A stretch of DNA of 64,000 bases, from positions 1 to 64,000 of the IMG/VR virus record IMGVR_UViG_3300032138_000680; one strand, given 5' to 3'. Positions 9,546-20,736 of the stretch are shown one piece after another (positions within the stretch are counted from its first letter, which is position 1; each line of letters starts with the position of its first letter). The DNA comes from a virus (lineage: Duplodnaviria > Caudoviricetes). The translations under genes and the position numbers were made by a program. The notes beneath the pieces were generated by a model that was not told the origin of the DNA, made no database searches, and saw nothing but the letters and a program-made list of their open reading frames with translations.

Positions 9546-10864
9546 AACCCTGCAACCTTATCCGTAAAAGTACTATTAAAATGTTTTGATCCACCTACAT
9601 AAAAATTCTTTAATAAATGGTCTCTATTATAAATACATATATCTGAATACTTTCGATACAAATCTTTTATTTCTTCTGGAGATTTTAATAAAATTCTATC
9701 AATTTCACCAAAAATAAAACCCAATCTCTCCCATCTATCAATAATTTCATCATAACTTTCATCAAATAAACCATCGTATGTTTTAAATCCAAGTGATCTA
9801 AGTTCTCTCAAATATCCTCCTGAAGATATTACAATAAATGGATGTAAATTTATTAATGGTTTCATAATTTTTTCTGAAAAAAATATATTATCTAAATCTT
9901 CAAATTGAGTTTCAGTCACAATATCAAAATAATAACTTAATGATGTGTTCTTATCAAAAGTATCCTCTGTACCAAAATCACCCAAAAACTCTTCAGAATA
10001 TGTATCTAATTGTTTTACTTCTGGTAATATCACCATCTTTGGTACTATTTTTTTCAAATTTTCTATATTATCAAAATGTAATTTTTTAAATTTAGGAAAT
10101 CTTTCTGGAAAGTCTATTCTTGGGCTACTTAAAAAACTCCACAAGATTCTATTATCATTTTTCTCTATAAAATAACATCCAAGTACAGTTCTATGTATCT
10201 TATCATTACTTCTATTAAGAGACATAAAATAATATTCTCTATCTAACTTATTTTTAGCTTCACTATTAGTTGGTAATGTTGAGACATAATTTAAGTCGTT
10301 CTTCTCCACACCTTCCCCAGATAATAGATGTTTCGCGGTATTAGCACCATCATATATAAAATGTGGAACATAATACCAAATAATTTTTTTACATTTTTCT
10401 ATTTGTTTATTATTGTCTATAAAAATTAAAGAATCAAGTGGAATATTATTAATTTTACAAAAATATTGCACATCAATTTCAAATTTATTTAGATCTGGTG
10501 TTCCCTCTGATATACAGCCCGTTAATATCTTTACTTGTCCAGAACGTATTAACTCTTTAAATTCATTAGGAAAATCATTAAAAATTCCATCATTATATAT
10601 CCCTTTATCTCCCCATAAATCTCTAAGACTACTTTGACATTCTAATAAAAATATATTCTTACTATCTTTATTTATTTGATAATCAGTTGTAAAAGAAACT
10701 GAACCTAAATTATCTGGTCCCGTCCTGTACTCAGTACTGGACATTAACCAGTTAAATAAAGCAGATAGTTGGAATTCAGGTCTATCATGACCATTTACAC
10801 GATATCCATCTACAATATTTGATTTATTCTTTTCTGCAAAAACGAAATTTAAAATATTACCCAT
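9542..10864 (-). CDS. Putative glycosyltransferase, GT10-like 'TEK' family
   Basis: SLNR...HR; DIVTET...FFSEKIMKPL...HPFIVI...GFKTYDGLFDESYD. Confidence 0.5.
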   Translation of the reverse strand: MGNILNFVFAEKNKSNIVDGYRVNGHDRPEFQLSALFNWLMSSTEYRTGPDNLGSVSFTTDYQINKDSKNIFLLECQSSLRDLWGDKGIYNDGIFNDFPNEFKELIRSGQVKILTGCISEGTPDLNKFEIDVQYFCKINNIPLDSLIFIDNNKQIEKCKKIIWYYVPHFIYDGANTAKHLLSGEGVEKNDLNYVSTLPTNSEAKNKLDREYYFMSLNRSNDKIHRTVLGCYFIEKNDNRILWSFLSSPRIDFPERFPKFKKLHFDNIENLKKIVPKMVILPEVKQLDTYSEEFLGDFGTEDTFDKNTSLSYYFDIVTETQFEDLDNIFFSEKIMKPLINLHPFIVISSGGYLRELRSLGFKTYDGLFDESYDEIIDRWERLGFIFGEIDRILLKSPEEIKDLYRKYSDICIYNRDHLLKNFYVGGSKHFNSTFTDKVAGL

Positions 10865-11478
10865 TTGCCCGTCCCATAATGTGGATATTTAGATTTATAA
10901 TTATAATGAATTACATCATCTGGTATATCTCGTTTTTTGTTCCAAGTTGCTACTGTTGGTGTCTGTGTAGAAACATCATTATCTTCCACTATAAAATATA
11001 GTGGTAAATCAAAATTTCGTGCATATTTATGACACTCATAAAAAATACCTGTTTCAAAGGTCATATCACCTACGAAACACCAAACCTTTTGTTTGGATTT
11101 CTTTCTTTTTAAACTAATAGCAGTTCCAAGTGAAATAGAAATAATACCAGTAACAATAGCTGATGAATAAAAATTGTGGTCTAAATTACAAATAGTAATA
11201 GACCTACCCTCTAATATTTCATTTTTCAGCCAAACGGGAGATAAACCATGACATAATGCATGATAATGTGACCTCCAAGTTGAAAAAATATGATCATCAT
11301 AACTAATACGAGAAAATACTTCAATCACTTCTTCTTCATTTCCATTTGATAAATGAATAGGAGCTGTAATTTCTCCATTCTCCCAATGTTTAACTATATC
11401 ACTTTCGAAATCTATAAGATTATCTACGGTTAAATTAACATCTCTTACTTTTTCATATTTATCTAAATTTTTAATCAT
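10849..11478 (-). CDS. TPP-dependent dehydrogenase E1-alpha-like subunit (short)
   Basis: PIHLSNGNE, STWRSHYHAL, TPP motif VGDMTFETG...VEDN; upstream AAGGAG SD. Confidence 0.85.
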   Translation of the reverse strand: MIKNLDKYEKVRDVNLTVDNLIDFESDIVKHWENGEITAPIHLSNGNEEEVIEVFSRISYDDHIFSTWRSHYHALCHGLSPVWLKNEILEGRSITICNLDHNFYSSAIVTGIISISLGTAISLKRKKSKQKVWCFVGDMTFETGIFYECHKYARNFDLPLYFIVEDNDVSTQTPTVATWNKKRDIPDDVIHYNYKSKYPHYGTGKWVIF

Positions 11479-11502
11479 AACTAATAAACTCCTTAATATT
11501 TA

Positions 11503-12474
11503 TCAAGTTGACTTACCATAACTCATTGGAAATCCATTTCTAAAATGACTACTATCTTTATTTATTATTATTTGATATCCACTTATAAGTTCTTGGATAC
11601 CATCGTCTAATGAATACTTTGGTTTCCACCCTGTATTTTCTATTTTTTCATTTGATACAATATAATCTCTCTTATCTGGATCCTCATAATAATCAGACAA
11701 ATTAACAACAAAACCTGGTATATGTTTAATAATTCTATCAGTCAATTCTTTTTTACTAATATTAGTATCACTCAACCCAACATTAAATGCCTCACCAACA
11801 TTATCTTCATAATTATCTATCATAAATTGAAATACAGAAGCTACATCATAAATATGAATATAATTTCTAATTGCATTTGCTTGAAATAAAGTGATATATC
11901 TATCTGTTAATGCCTTATATACAAACTCATTTACAAGTAAATCTAATCTCATCCTTTCAGACATACCAAAAACAGTAGCCAATCGTAAAGTTATCGCTCT
12001 ACCACTATCCAAGAGAAGATTTTCAGAATTGCATTTGGTAACTCCATAATGACTTATTGGTGTTAATTTTTGATCCTCTGTACAGATTCCTTCAGTTTTA
12101 TGTCCATATCCACTATTAGTATTTGGATACAATATTCTTTGATCTTTAGAAGTATTTTTAAAAATATCTTTAATTTGATGATAATTAACTGCAGTTGCTA
12201 ATTGTTTATCTCTATCACATGCGGGAAACCCCACTATTGCTGCCAATGGTATAATAACATCTGACTTATCTATGTAATCACTTAACTTGCTATAATCCCT
12301 GACATCACCATAAACAAATTTAAAATTTTTATTTTTAAATAAATTTAACAATGACATTTGATTGTATAATAAATTATCATAAACTATTATTTCATGGCCA
12401 GCGTCTAATAATTTTGGAACTAAAACTGAACCAAGATAACCTGCTCCACCTGTAATTAAAATTTTCATCTTCAT
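11503..12474 (-). CDS. NAD-dependent epimerase/dehydratase (extended SDR)
   Basis: ITGGAGYLGS, LAAIVG, YGVTK (YxxxK), RLATVFG. Confidence 0.9.
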   Translation of the reverse strand: MKMKILITGGAGYLGSVLVPKLLDAGHEIIVYDNLLYNQMSLLNLFKNKNFKFVYGDVRDYSKLSDYIDKSDVIIPLAAIVGFPACDRDKQLATAVNYHQIKDIFKNTSKDQRILYPNTNSGYGHKTEGICTEDQKLTPISHYGVTKCNSENLLLDSGRAITLRLATVFGMSERMRLDLLVNEFVYKALTDRYITLFQANAIRNYIHIYDVASVFQFMIDNYEDNVGEAFNVGLSDTNISKKELTDRIIKHIPGFVVNLSDYYEDPDKRDYIVSNEKIENTGWKPKYSLDDGIQELISGYQIIINKDSSHFRNGFPMSYGKST

Positions 12475-13169
12475 AATGTTAATCCTCTATTGTTCATATC
12501 AATTTCTCGTGGTGTAAAATCACCTTCTCTAATTACATCAATTATAATATTTGCCAAATTTCTATTACTTTTTTCATTCAAATGGTTTACGGATACTGTC
12601 GGTGGGATAAACCTATCCAACGCCAAATTGCCATATAATGCATTTTGAATTTCATATCCTTCAAATGATTCTTCAAAATTTTTTAAAAAAATACATTTCT
12701 TTTTATGTTGTTTAATTACATCATCAATTTCTCTAAGTATTCCTCTATGTGCAACTTCATGGAATTCCAACGACATTAATGTTTCATAATATAAACATAT
12801 ACCTTCTTTAAATCTTTCAGCTGTTTTTCTTCCAAGATAATTCATCTCCGTTTTTTTTTCTTCCCCATCAGAAAGTAACAAACTATCTACCAAAATATTC
12901 ATATCACCATCACGTTGAAGGTTTTGAGCTCCAACTGAAATGTTATATCTATTTGCCAGTCTTGAAGAATCTGTAACACAAAATATAATATAATCTGCAT
13001 CTTCAATATTCTCCATCATTCTTTCATAAGAATAAAATAAGCATCCCCCATTCTGACCACTACATAATATTTTAGCATCAAATTCCTTTGCAATTAAATA
13101 CGGATAGGATGGAAATGGATCCTTTCCTATACTGGCACAAAAACTATCTCCACAAAATGCTATTTTCAT
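12471..13169 (-). CDS. SGNH-like protein
   Basis: KIAFCGDSFC; C-terminal VNHLNEKSNRNLA. Confidence 0.5.
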   Translation of the reverse strand: MKIAFCGDSFCASIGKDPFPSYPYLIAKEFDAKILCSGQNGGCLFYSYERMMENIEDADYIIFCVTDSSRLANRYNISVGAQNLQRDGDMNILVDSLLLSDGEEKKTEMNYLGRKTAERFKEGICLYYETLMSLEFHEVAHRGILREIDDVIKQHKKKCIFLKNFEESFEGYEIQNALYGNLALDRFIPPTVSVNHLNEKSNRNLANIIIDVIREGDFTPREIDMNNRGLTL

Positions 13170-14182
13170 TTTTTATTCTCTTTAAGTGACCTTTCCCACG
13201 CTGGATAACAACTATAACTGTAATCTTCTACATAATCATCATCATTCTCTTTATACCATTCAATTGTCTCTTGGATAGCATCCCTAAATGTATATTTGGG
13301 TTCAAATCCAAGTTCATTTTGTATTCTATCAATGTTAGATAATTTAAAAGGAATTGTGGTTGGTTTGGAATTATCCCATTCCACATCTGGAAATTTACCA
13401 CTCATTTCTTGAATCGTGTCCACAACGTCTCCAATAGTAAGTTTTAATCCCATACCTAAATTATATGGTCTCATAGATTCACCTTTTTCTAATACCAACA
13501 ATGCACCATTTACGACATCTTTAACATAAAGAAAATCCCTAACCACATCTGGACTTCCCCACACTACAAATGGATCTTCACCACTCAACAATCGTTTAAT
13601 AAGAGCAGGAACTACATGGCAAGTTTTTAAGTTAAAATTATCATATGGACCAAATATCGCAGTTCCTCTACAAATTGCAATTTTCATATCTGATAAATGT
13701 GAGGCATGTTCCATAACTTTTTCTCTATATCTTCTCATCCACCCATATCCATAATAAGAAATATATGGTTCATCATCCCAAAACTCATCTTCTGTAACTG
13801 GATAATCTCTAAGTGGATATCCTGTTGAACTATTTAAATCCAAAAATCCCTTAACATTTGATTTAACACACGCATCTAAAACATTAGTAATAACATCAAT
13901 TTGATTTAATGCTATTTGAAAATCCGTTGGGACTTCACTTGGGTGTGCTATTTTTCCGGCAGAATGAACAACGTAATCCGCACCATCTACAAGTTTCATA
14001 CAATCTTCAATTTTCAGTAAATCTATATTTTCTAATACTTCTATTCTATCATCATTTATTTTAAGTGGGGCCTCATGAACATAAGTTACTACATTTGCAC
14101 CTCTCGATAACAACTCTTGTAAATAATGAGTTCCAATAAACCCAGTACCACCAGTTACTACTACTTTTTTATCTTTAAACAT
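13166..14182 (-). CDS. fcl: GDP-L-fucose synthase-like epimerase/reductase
   Basis: TGGTGFIG, FGPYDNF...HVVPALIKR, VWGSPDVVRDFLYV. The catalytic YxxxK reads YGWMR. Confidence 0.7.
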   Translation of the reverse strand: MFKDKKVVVTGGTGFIGTHYLQELLSRGANVVTYVHEAPLKINDDRIEVLENIDLLKIEDCMKLVDGADYVVHSAGKIAHPSEVPTDFQIALNQIDVITNVLDACVKSNVKGFLDLNSSTGYPLRDYPVTEDEFWDDEPYISYYGYGWMRRYREKVMEHASHLSDMKIAICRGTAIFGPYDNFNLKTCHVVPALIKRLLSGEDPFVVWGSPDVVRDFLYVKDVVNGALLVLEKGESMRPYNLGMGLKLTIGDVVDTIQEMSGKFPDVEWDNSKPTTIPFKLSNIDRIQNELGFEPKYTFRDAIQETIEWYKENDDDYVEDYSYSCYPAWERSLKENKK

Positions 14183-14196
14183 TTTTTTCTCCTTTT

Positions 14197-14850
14197 TTAA
14201 TAGACTGCATAATCATCTCTATTCTCCCAAGTATCAGGTAGTTCCTGATCACTCTTAATACAAAATCCATTTATATTATTTCTATCTTCTTTTGCCCACA
14301 CATTTACTGGATTTACCCAATGAGGCATTCTTGTTGAATGGTTAATCAATATTAGTTTGTTTGGTGCTGGTAAAATAGTTTTAATTTCACCACCAGAAAC
14401 AACCTGTAACTGTCCACCCCAATCATATTTCCAAACAAGTTCTGTAAAAAATAATATATATCCTGTATATCCCATGTAATCATCATAATGACACCTCATA
14501 TGATTCTGGCCGTTATTTTTAATTTTTGTTGCTTGATGTCTAAATATTCCAATATCACTATGTAACTCTTCAAATAAAGGTCTAATATTTTTATAAAATA
14601 TTTCTTTATAATGATCATTATTTACTACACCATTACTTGACCAAAAATGATTTGTATAGATTTCATCTTCTGTTGGAAAATACTCATCTGCAAATTTCTT
14701 CCAACGACCATACCTTTGTTTTTTTCTGAAATTAACCTCTACAAATTTACTATTATGAAATGATTCAACAATCTTTCTGTAATTTTCTAATGGTAAAAAA
14801 TTATCAATTATTGTAAATCCATATTCTTTATATTCTCTTTTATAATCCAC
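14197..14850 (-). CDS. 2OG-Fe(II) oxygenase (prolyl-hydroxylase-like)
   Basis: HYD, WKYDWGGQL, PAPNKLIL, PHWV, distal Arg; GTG start. Confidence 0.75.
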   Translation of the reverse strand: MDYKREYKEYGFTIIDNFLPLENYRKIVESFHNSKFVEVNFRKKQRYGRWKKFADEYFPTEDEIYTNHFWSSNGVVNNDHYKEIFYKNIRPLFEELHSDIGIFRHQATKIKNNGQNHMRCHYDDYMGYTGYILFFTELVWKYDWGGQLQVVSGGEIKTILPAPNKLILINHSTRMPHWVNPVNVWAKEDRNNINGFCIKSDQELPDTWENRDDYAVY

Positions 14851-14865
14851 TTTTATCTACCTAAG

Positions 14866-15540
14866 TTATTCGACTTCATACCACCCAATACCTCTATTTT
14901 TTGAAGATGTTATTCTATTAACTTTATACTCTTTTCCATCTATACGACCAAGTTGTAAATCATGAACAAATTCTTTAACTCCATTAAAAGGATAATCTAA
15001 TAAAATATCATGAAACACTATTATACCACCAACCTTAACTTTTTTACTATAAACTAACCAGTCTGTAAGTACTGATCCATAAGTATGCATTGCATCTATA
15101 AATAAAACATCCACTTCTTCTTTCTCTGTCAATCTATATACATTTTCTATAGTATTTGGATCATTAGTTTTACCATGAACAAAAAAACTTTTACCGTCAT
15201 CCAAAACCCATGAATCATAATAATTCATTGTATATGTACCAAAATTTCTTATTTTCTCGTCATCTTTTTCTATTGTGATACTTTTATCAAATAGCATTCT
15301 CCATAAAAAATGTGTTGATCCATAATATCCCAAACCAAGTTCTAAAATAGTTTTATTAAATCCTCTATCTAAAATTAATTTAACAAATTCTTTAATTTCA
15401 GTTTTGTTTTGTTGAATACCAGGAATTGGCTCTGCATTTCTATGATATGGCGTATGTTCACCGTCCATATCATAACCAACATCTCCGTGTACTGACACCC
15501 ACTTGTCGAGTTCTTTCATAATTGATTCTAAGTTTATCAT
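14866..15540 (-). CDS. Class I SAM-dependent methyltransferase (Methyltransf_24-like)
   Basis: ILELGLGYYGS, DVLFIDAMHTY...GGIIVFHDI. Confidence 0.85.
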   Translation of the reverse strand: MINLESIMKELDKWVSVHGDVGYDMDGEHTPYHRNAEPIPGIQQNKTEIKEFVKLILDRGFNKTILELGLGYYGSTHFLWRMLFDKSITIEKDDEKIRNFGTYTMNYYDSWVLDDGKSFFVHGKTNDPNTIENVYRLTEKEEVDVLFIDAMHTYGSVLTDWLVYSKKVKVGGIIVFHDILLDYPFNGVKEFVHDLQLGRIDGKEYKVNRITSSKNRGIGWYEVE

Positions 15541-16043
15541 TATTTCTCCTTTAAAAAACCAGTCATAATTAAAGTTAATTTATCTTCATAAGACCCATTT
15601 GAAGTCATATGTAAATCTCTGCCATCCATTCTATACGCATCTCCTTTTTTCCAATTTGTAATAACTTCATCTCCCACCATAAAAACTTGTCCAAAACTCC
15701 AATCATTCATAAACACCAATATACGACCTGGTTCTTTAACTTCCCCAACGCCGTGTTCTTTTAAAAATAAATACTCATCTATATGCGGGGGCGACATATA
15801 TCCAGGTTTTTGAATTGCTAACCAAGATGATATTACTTCCATATCAAATTTTTTCAAATATTCTGTTAAATAATCAGGATAATCTTCTTTATAAGATTTA
15901 AAAAGACTTGTTGGCATTTTTAATTCTATTTGTTTTAAATCGAACTCATTATCTTTATTATCTTTGGCAGTATGTTCACTAAATTTAAAATCGTTATAAT
16001 TGATTTCGAAATCAAAGTTAAAATTACCTATAAATTTATTCAT
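15540..16043 (-). CDS. Small 2OG-Fe(II)/cupin hydroxylase
   Basis: QKPGYMSPPHID...DWSFGQ...WKKGD...H...TG. Confidence 0.65.
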   Translation of the reverse strand: MNKFIGNFNFDFEINYNDFKFSEHTAKDNKDNEFDLKQIELKMPTSLFKSYKEDYPDYLTEYLKKFDMEVISSWLAIQKPGYMSPPHIDEYLFLKEHGVGEVKEPGRILVFMNDWSFGQVFMVGDEVITNWKKGDAYRMDGRDLHMTSNGSYEDKLTLIMTGFLKEK

Positions 16044-17526
16044 TCTTATTACTCCCTTTACTTGCCCAAGTCAATATTTTAAAATTATCAACTCGTTGAA
16101 ACTCTATATTATCCCCGAATATCCATTTACCAAGTGACTCTGATCTATTATTTTCTTCATTTAATAGTTTAAAAACTCTTTCTTGGTTTGCTAAAAATCT
16201 ATCTTTATTTTCTAAATATAAACTTGGAATATCTAAGTCCCTTAATCTAATTAATTCTTTAACTATAAATTTAGATTTCTTATTTAACTTCGCAGTACAT
16301 AAATGTGCAGATACCGTATCTGCGTCATCATCTTTACCTCGTGGTGGTTCTGGAGAAAACGGAGGATCAAAGAATGGTCGTGCAAAATTACCAATTCTGG
16401 TTGATCCAGGTGAGATAAAAACATCATCATAATCATGATTTATAATATCATCAAACATATCAAATCCATAATCTCTATAATACTGAATTGTTCCCTCTGC
16501 CCCATAAAAAATAGGAAACTGTAATCCTGCAAATACTTCTTGTGCATAAAAACTGGGACTATTAAATGTATAACTTAATTCACTACTCACCCCAATATAT
16601 GCCCGGCTTGCAAAAAAGGGTTGAAAAGTAAATCTAATCTCGGGCCCTAACTCTTTTATTCGATGTAGCATTAAATTATGTTGAACAACATCAGAATATT
16701 CTATAATAGGCCGGAAATATCTAAAATCAGTAACATTAACTGTACCATCATCAATACCATCTCCGCACTTAACAATTAATGTCCCTTCCTCTTTTATATC
16801 CCTATTATCCACCCACTCATTTTTATTGCATACTACATATCCATCATCAAGTAAGTCAGATTTAACTAATTCACTAACCAAAGATGTCCTATGTGGTCTC
16901 ATATGGTTATTAACACAACTAAATAATTTACTTTTATATTCTGGTTGCCAAGAAATACCTTTTATTAAAATACCATCTTGATATGAAGGTTCATTATAAG
17001 TTGAATTATATCCCCCAATCCATCTTGCCCCATTAAATGGAAATCTAAATATATCCCACTCCTTACCAATATTTTTTTCTTGTTCTTCTTTAAACATTGA
17101 ATCTGTTGATGATATTATTCTTTTTCTCTTATAAACAAGATTCATTTTTTCTAATACGTCATCCCATACATTAACTCTCAAAGGATTTAAATTTTCTCCG
17201 GCATAATCTACTATAAAATCTTCACAAGTAAAATTAAAAGAATTAAACCAATCCAACATTTTTTCATTCACCGATCCCGGTGATAAATCTCTAAGCTCAT
17301 AACCATGAATTGATATAATATCAAAGTGAAAATTATCACAGGCGTGAACATCTTCTTTTGTATGACAATATCCTTCTCTATGATGTTTTAGGTTAAACTG
17401 CTCTATATTAAGTCCACCATTATGTGGACCTACCCAATCGGGCCCGCGTGAGTTATCATCGGATGTATCAAAATGAAATATCTTATAATCTTTTTTTAAT
17501 CGTGAATTTATAGCTAATGGTTTCAT
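16036..17526 (-). CDS. Putative glycosyltransferase, divergent 'TEK' family member
   Basis: FSCVNNHMRPHR and LQFPIFYG...YYRDYGFDMFDDIINHDYD, closely like 1442..2683; the TEK itself is degenerate. Confidence 0.45.
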   Translation of the reverse strand: MKPLAINSRLKKDYKIFHFDTSDDNSRGPDWVGPHNGGLNIEQFNLKHHREGYCHTKEDVHACDNFHFDIISIHGYELRDLSPGSVNEKMLDWFNSFNFTCEDFIVDYAGENLNPLRVNVWDDVLEKMNLVYKRKRIISSTDSMFKEEQEKNIGKEWDIFRFPFNGARWIGGYNSTYNEPSYQDGILIKGISWQPEYKSKLFSCVNNHMRPHRTSLVSELVKSDLLDDGYVVCNKNEWVDNRDIKEEGTLIVKCGDGIDDGTVNVTDFRYFRPIIEYSDVVQHNLMLHRIKELGPEIRFTFQPFFASRAYIGVSSELSYTFNSPSFYAQEVFAGLQFPIFYGAEGTIQYYRDYGFDMFDDIINHDYDDVFISPGSTRIGNFARPFFDPPFSPEPPRGKDDDADTVSAHLCTAKLNKKSKFIVKELIRLRDLDIPSLYLENKDRFLANQERVFKLLNEENNRSESLGKWIFGDNIEFQRVDNFKILTWASKGSNKNE

Positions 17527-17527
17527 A

Positions 17528-18457
17528 TTAAAGTTCCTTATAATATTCCATTACTTCCTTTATACCATCACGTAAACTTATATTTGGATAAAATCCATAA
17601 TTATTTGCCCTTGTAGTATCCATTAATCTAATAGGATCACCATTTGGTTTAGATATATCCCACTCAATTGGAACATCTTTTCCATAAACATCACTAATAG
17701 TTTCTACTAATTCTTTAATTGTAAATCCATTACCACTACCTAAATTAATTGGTTCTGTAATTTTCTTATCATAACACAATAATATACCATCGGCAATATC
17801 ACTTGCATGAATAAAATCTCTTGTTGGTGTACCATCACCCCAGCACACTAATGGATTCTCTCCATCACATATTCTTTTTATAATTGATGGAATTACCATA
17901 GAACCATCACCAAAATTATCTCCTTTTCCATAAATGTTAGCAGGTCTAACAATAGAAATGTTTTCTAAACCATAATGTACTTTATAACATTCTGCCTGTA
18001 ATTCTCCTATTCTTTTAGCCCAACCTGCAAATTTATCATTCTCTGATGGAAATGATTTCCACACATCATCTTCTCTCATTCTATCCGCTGGTGCATAAAC
18101 TCCATTTGTACTTGTATAAACATACCACTCAACCTCTTCTAACCTTGCGGCTTCCATCATATTAGTATTAAATTGTAAAAGTGGTGTAAAATAATCATTG
18201 GGTTGTTCCATAGCTCTTTTTGGTGAACCCTTTACTCCCGCCACATGAAATACTACATCTATATCCTTAACCACCTCTTTACATTTTTCAAAATTTCTTA
18301 AATCTGTTTTTACAAATTCAAATGTATCCTCAAAATATTTATCAAATATCTCATTATATCTCAAATCTGTAGCTCGGACATTATATCCTCTATACATACA
18401 TTTTTGTACCAAATAGTGTCCAACCATTCCTGATGCGCCTGTTATTAGAACCTTCAT
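17528..18457 (-). CDS. fcl: GDP-L-fucose synthase-like epimerase/reductase
   Basis: TGASGMVG, RPANIYGKGDNF, WGDGTPTRDFIH, KPNG; AGWAK in place of YxxxK. Confidence 0.7.
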   Translation of the reverse strand: MKVLITGASGMVGHYLVQKCMYRGYNVRATDLRYNEIFDKYFEDTFEFVKTDLRNFEKCKEVVKDIDVVFHVAGVKGSPKRAMEQPNDYFTPLLQFNTNMMEAARLEEVEWYVYTSTNGVYAPADRMREDDVWKSFPSENDKFAGWAKRIGELQAECYKVHYGLENISIVRPANIYGKGDNFGDGSMVIPSIIKRICDGENPLVCWGDGTPTRDFIHASDIADGILLCYDKKITEPINLGSGNGFTIKELVETISDVYGKDVPIEWDISKPNGDPIRLMDTTRANNYGFYPNISLRDGIKEVMEYYKEL

Positions 18458-19197
18458 TTCAAATTCTCCCTAAGTTTTTTCAAATTCTCGGTATGTTCCT
18501 CATCTTCCCAACCTTCCCAATTCAAATGTTCCTCTGTATGTGCCGGGTTCGGTCTATCCCAAGTTCTGTGAAATCCAAATGATGTTGGTGTTGGTACTCT
18601 ACTCCAAAATTGTTTCCAAGTTTCATCTTTACAATCCCAACCCTTTTTATCTGTAAGAATATCATTTGAAACTATATCCTCATTTATATAACCGTATTGT
18701 TCATACTGTTCTTTCAAATAATTAAGTGTTGCTTTCTCATATACCATCTTAGATGCTCTTTTACTTTTTAAAGTAAAACCACCAATCATATAAACACCAT
18801 CTGATTCTGAATTCTTAATCCCACTTGCCTGTCCCAATAAATCATAATCTAAAAAATCATCAGTCCATGCATCAAAATTTATTGGATATCCATCCCATTG
18901 AAAATTTATTACATGGGTAAATTCATATGGTAATAAATAAAGATATAAATCTCTAATCATAAAATATGAATAACAATAAAAGTGGTGAGTTCGATTTGAA
19001 TACGGAAAGGCAGAAAAGGCAGGTATTAATTCATCTGCATGATTTTCATCGGTTGCAAATCTAATTACCCTCAATCCATTTTCTTTATAAATTTTTGCAA
19101 CTTCATCAGTTATTCGTGCCCTTTTCTTTTGGGCACCTTCCCAATCACCATCTACTGTTACAAAAATTACATCATTTTTTAATCTCTCTGTTATCAT
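18454..19197 (-). CDS. DUF5672-like putative glycosyltransferase
   Basis: THVINFQWDG...WTDDFLDYD...GGFTLKSK...NED...FGFH. Confidence 0.6.
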   Translation of the reverse strand: MITERLKNDVIFVTVDGDWEGAQKKRARITDEVAKIYKENGLRVIRFATDENHADELIPAFSAFPYSNRTHHFYCYSYFMIRDLYLYLLPYEFTHVINFQWDGYPINFDAWTDDFLDYDLLGQASGIKNSESDGVYMIGGFTLKSKRASKMVYEKATLNYLKEQYEQYGYINEDIVSNDILTDKKGWDCKDETWKQFWSRVPTPTSFGFHRTWDRPNPAHTEEHLNWEGWEDEEHTENLKKLRENLK

Positions 19198-20075
19198 TTT
19201 TTTATCTCCATATCACCTATTAAATTAGATATACAAACTCTTCTCCGTCTTGTTCCTCTATCATAATCACCAAATCTTAAATGTGTTTCATCTGTTATCC
19301 CAAATATTACACAATTGGTTGGTTCTATAAACAAATCACTACATACTTGTATTTGCTTTTCATGATATTTATTTTGTAAATAATCTGTTTCAAAATTCTG
19401 AAATATCTTCAAGCCGATATCACAAGAAACATAACTTACCATTTCAAAACTATTAAAAACATCTACGGGATCATCTATATCTTCTCTCGTAAATCGTATC
19501 CCTATTCGTAAATGTTCTGCCCCATAAAAACCCTTACTCAAACTAAAAGAAATACCTTGAATACATTTCCTATCAAAATCAAATTCTATATTACGAGACA
19601 TGACCATATAAGCACAATCTATAAAAACAGGAACTCCTAACCCATCACACCTATCTAATACTTTATTTGTTTGTGGATGTAAATCCCCAAAATCTGAAAA
19701 TGGAACTGAAAATATTACAACATCATCTTTTTTAATTTCTTCATCATCAAGATATTTCCAATCATACCCACTTCTAAACATAATTTGATGATACATAAAA
19801 TCACCCTTAAATATTCTAAATCTTTTATTATGATTTACTAAATAGAAAAAATCAAATGATTGCGAAGTACCATGTACAAATTTTTTAGATTTAAATTTAT
19901 TAAGATTATGTAATTTATTTAATTTAGATTTTTGTATCCACTCGAAATATGAACTACAATAATCTTGAATCAGATTAGGCGTATACAAACAATTACCGTC
20001 TATATTATCTCTAATAAATTCATACGATTGTTTATCTGGTATAGGTCTGGCCCCTTTCATTATTACATCAGGCAT
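19194..20075 (-). CDS. Divergent fold-type-I PLP-dependent enzyme (paralog of 28054..28929)
   Basis: FVHGTSQSF, SVPFSD, IDCAY, SLSKGFYG...RIG. The likely start is ATG 20075 (MPDVI), overlapping the end of the upstream gene. Confidence 0.6.
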   Translation of the reverse strand: MPDVIMKGARPIPDKQSYEFIRDNIDGNCLYTPNLIQDYCSSYFEWIQKSKLNKLHNLNKFKSKKFVHGTSQSFDFFYLVNHNKRFRIFKGDFMYHQIMFRSGYDWKYLDDEEIKKDDVVIFSVPFSDFGDLHPQTNKVLDRCDGLGVPVFIDCAYMVMSRNIEFDFDRKCIQGISFSLSKGFYGAEHLRIGIRFTREDIDDPVDVFNSFEMVSYVSCDIGLKIFQNFETDYLQNKYHEKQIQVCSDLFIEPTNCVIFGITDETHLRFGDYDRGTRRRRVCISNLIGDMEIKK

Positions 20076-20736
20076 AATATTTCTCCAAAACTTTTTTAGT
20101 ATACCCAATCCCACCTATAGATAATCCTCGTAATAAATACGTTACATAATCATTATTATGATTAATTATAAACTTATCAGATTCTTTTACATATTTACTG
20201 ATTTTTGGCGTATTTTTTAAAATTTTACTTAACATAAATAATATATCTTCTATCCTTGTCAATTCTATATAATTAATATTAATCTCGCCACTATAATCAT
20301 CTAAAAGTAAATACTCCACTATTTTTCTCAGATCACTTACATCTAAAACAGAACGAAAGGTTTCGTGAATATTAACTGGAAGTGAATTTTTTATAGAATT
20401 TACAAAAAATGGAATTAAATTATTAGAATTTCCAGTTTTTCCAACAACCGTAGGTAATCTAGCTATAATATATTTTTTATTTAATGTTTTTATTTTATTC
20501 TCTACATTCCTTTTATGTTCTAAAAAAATTTTATTACTTAAATGTGAAAGTGAACTAAAATAAATTATCTTATCATATTCAAAATTACTTGTTATCCTAT
20601 CAAGCAAATCAACTTCTCGTTGAAATGATTCTTGTGATATTTCTATTGAATGTGAAACTCCAGAACAAAAAAATAAAATATCTTCAGTATTTATTTTTTT
20701 CATTTCAGTTCCAATTAATCCATTACCAATAACCAT
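20068..20736 (-). CDS. Short NAD-dependent epimerase/dehydratase-like protein
   Basis: IGNGLIG, SGVS, YFSS, HKRNVE, RLPTVVG. Confidence 0.7.
   Translation of the reverse strand: MVIGNGLIGTEMKKINTEDILFFCSGVSHSIEISQESFQREVDLLDRITSNFEYDKIIYFSSLSHLSNKIFLEHKRNVENKIKTLNKKYIIARLPTVVGKTGNSNNLIPFFVNSIKNSLPVNIHETFRSVLDVSDLRKIVEYLLLDDYSGEININYIELTRIEDILFMLSKILKNTPKISKYVKESDKFIINHNNDYVTYLLRGLSIGGIGYTKKVLEKYYA

Noticed and set aside
8198-11478. Pyruvate dehydrogenase as a central-metabolism auxiliary gene
   Set aside because: Subunits are truncated, no E2/E3 is seen, and the context is nucleotide-sugar synthesis.
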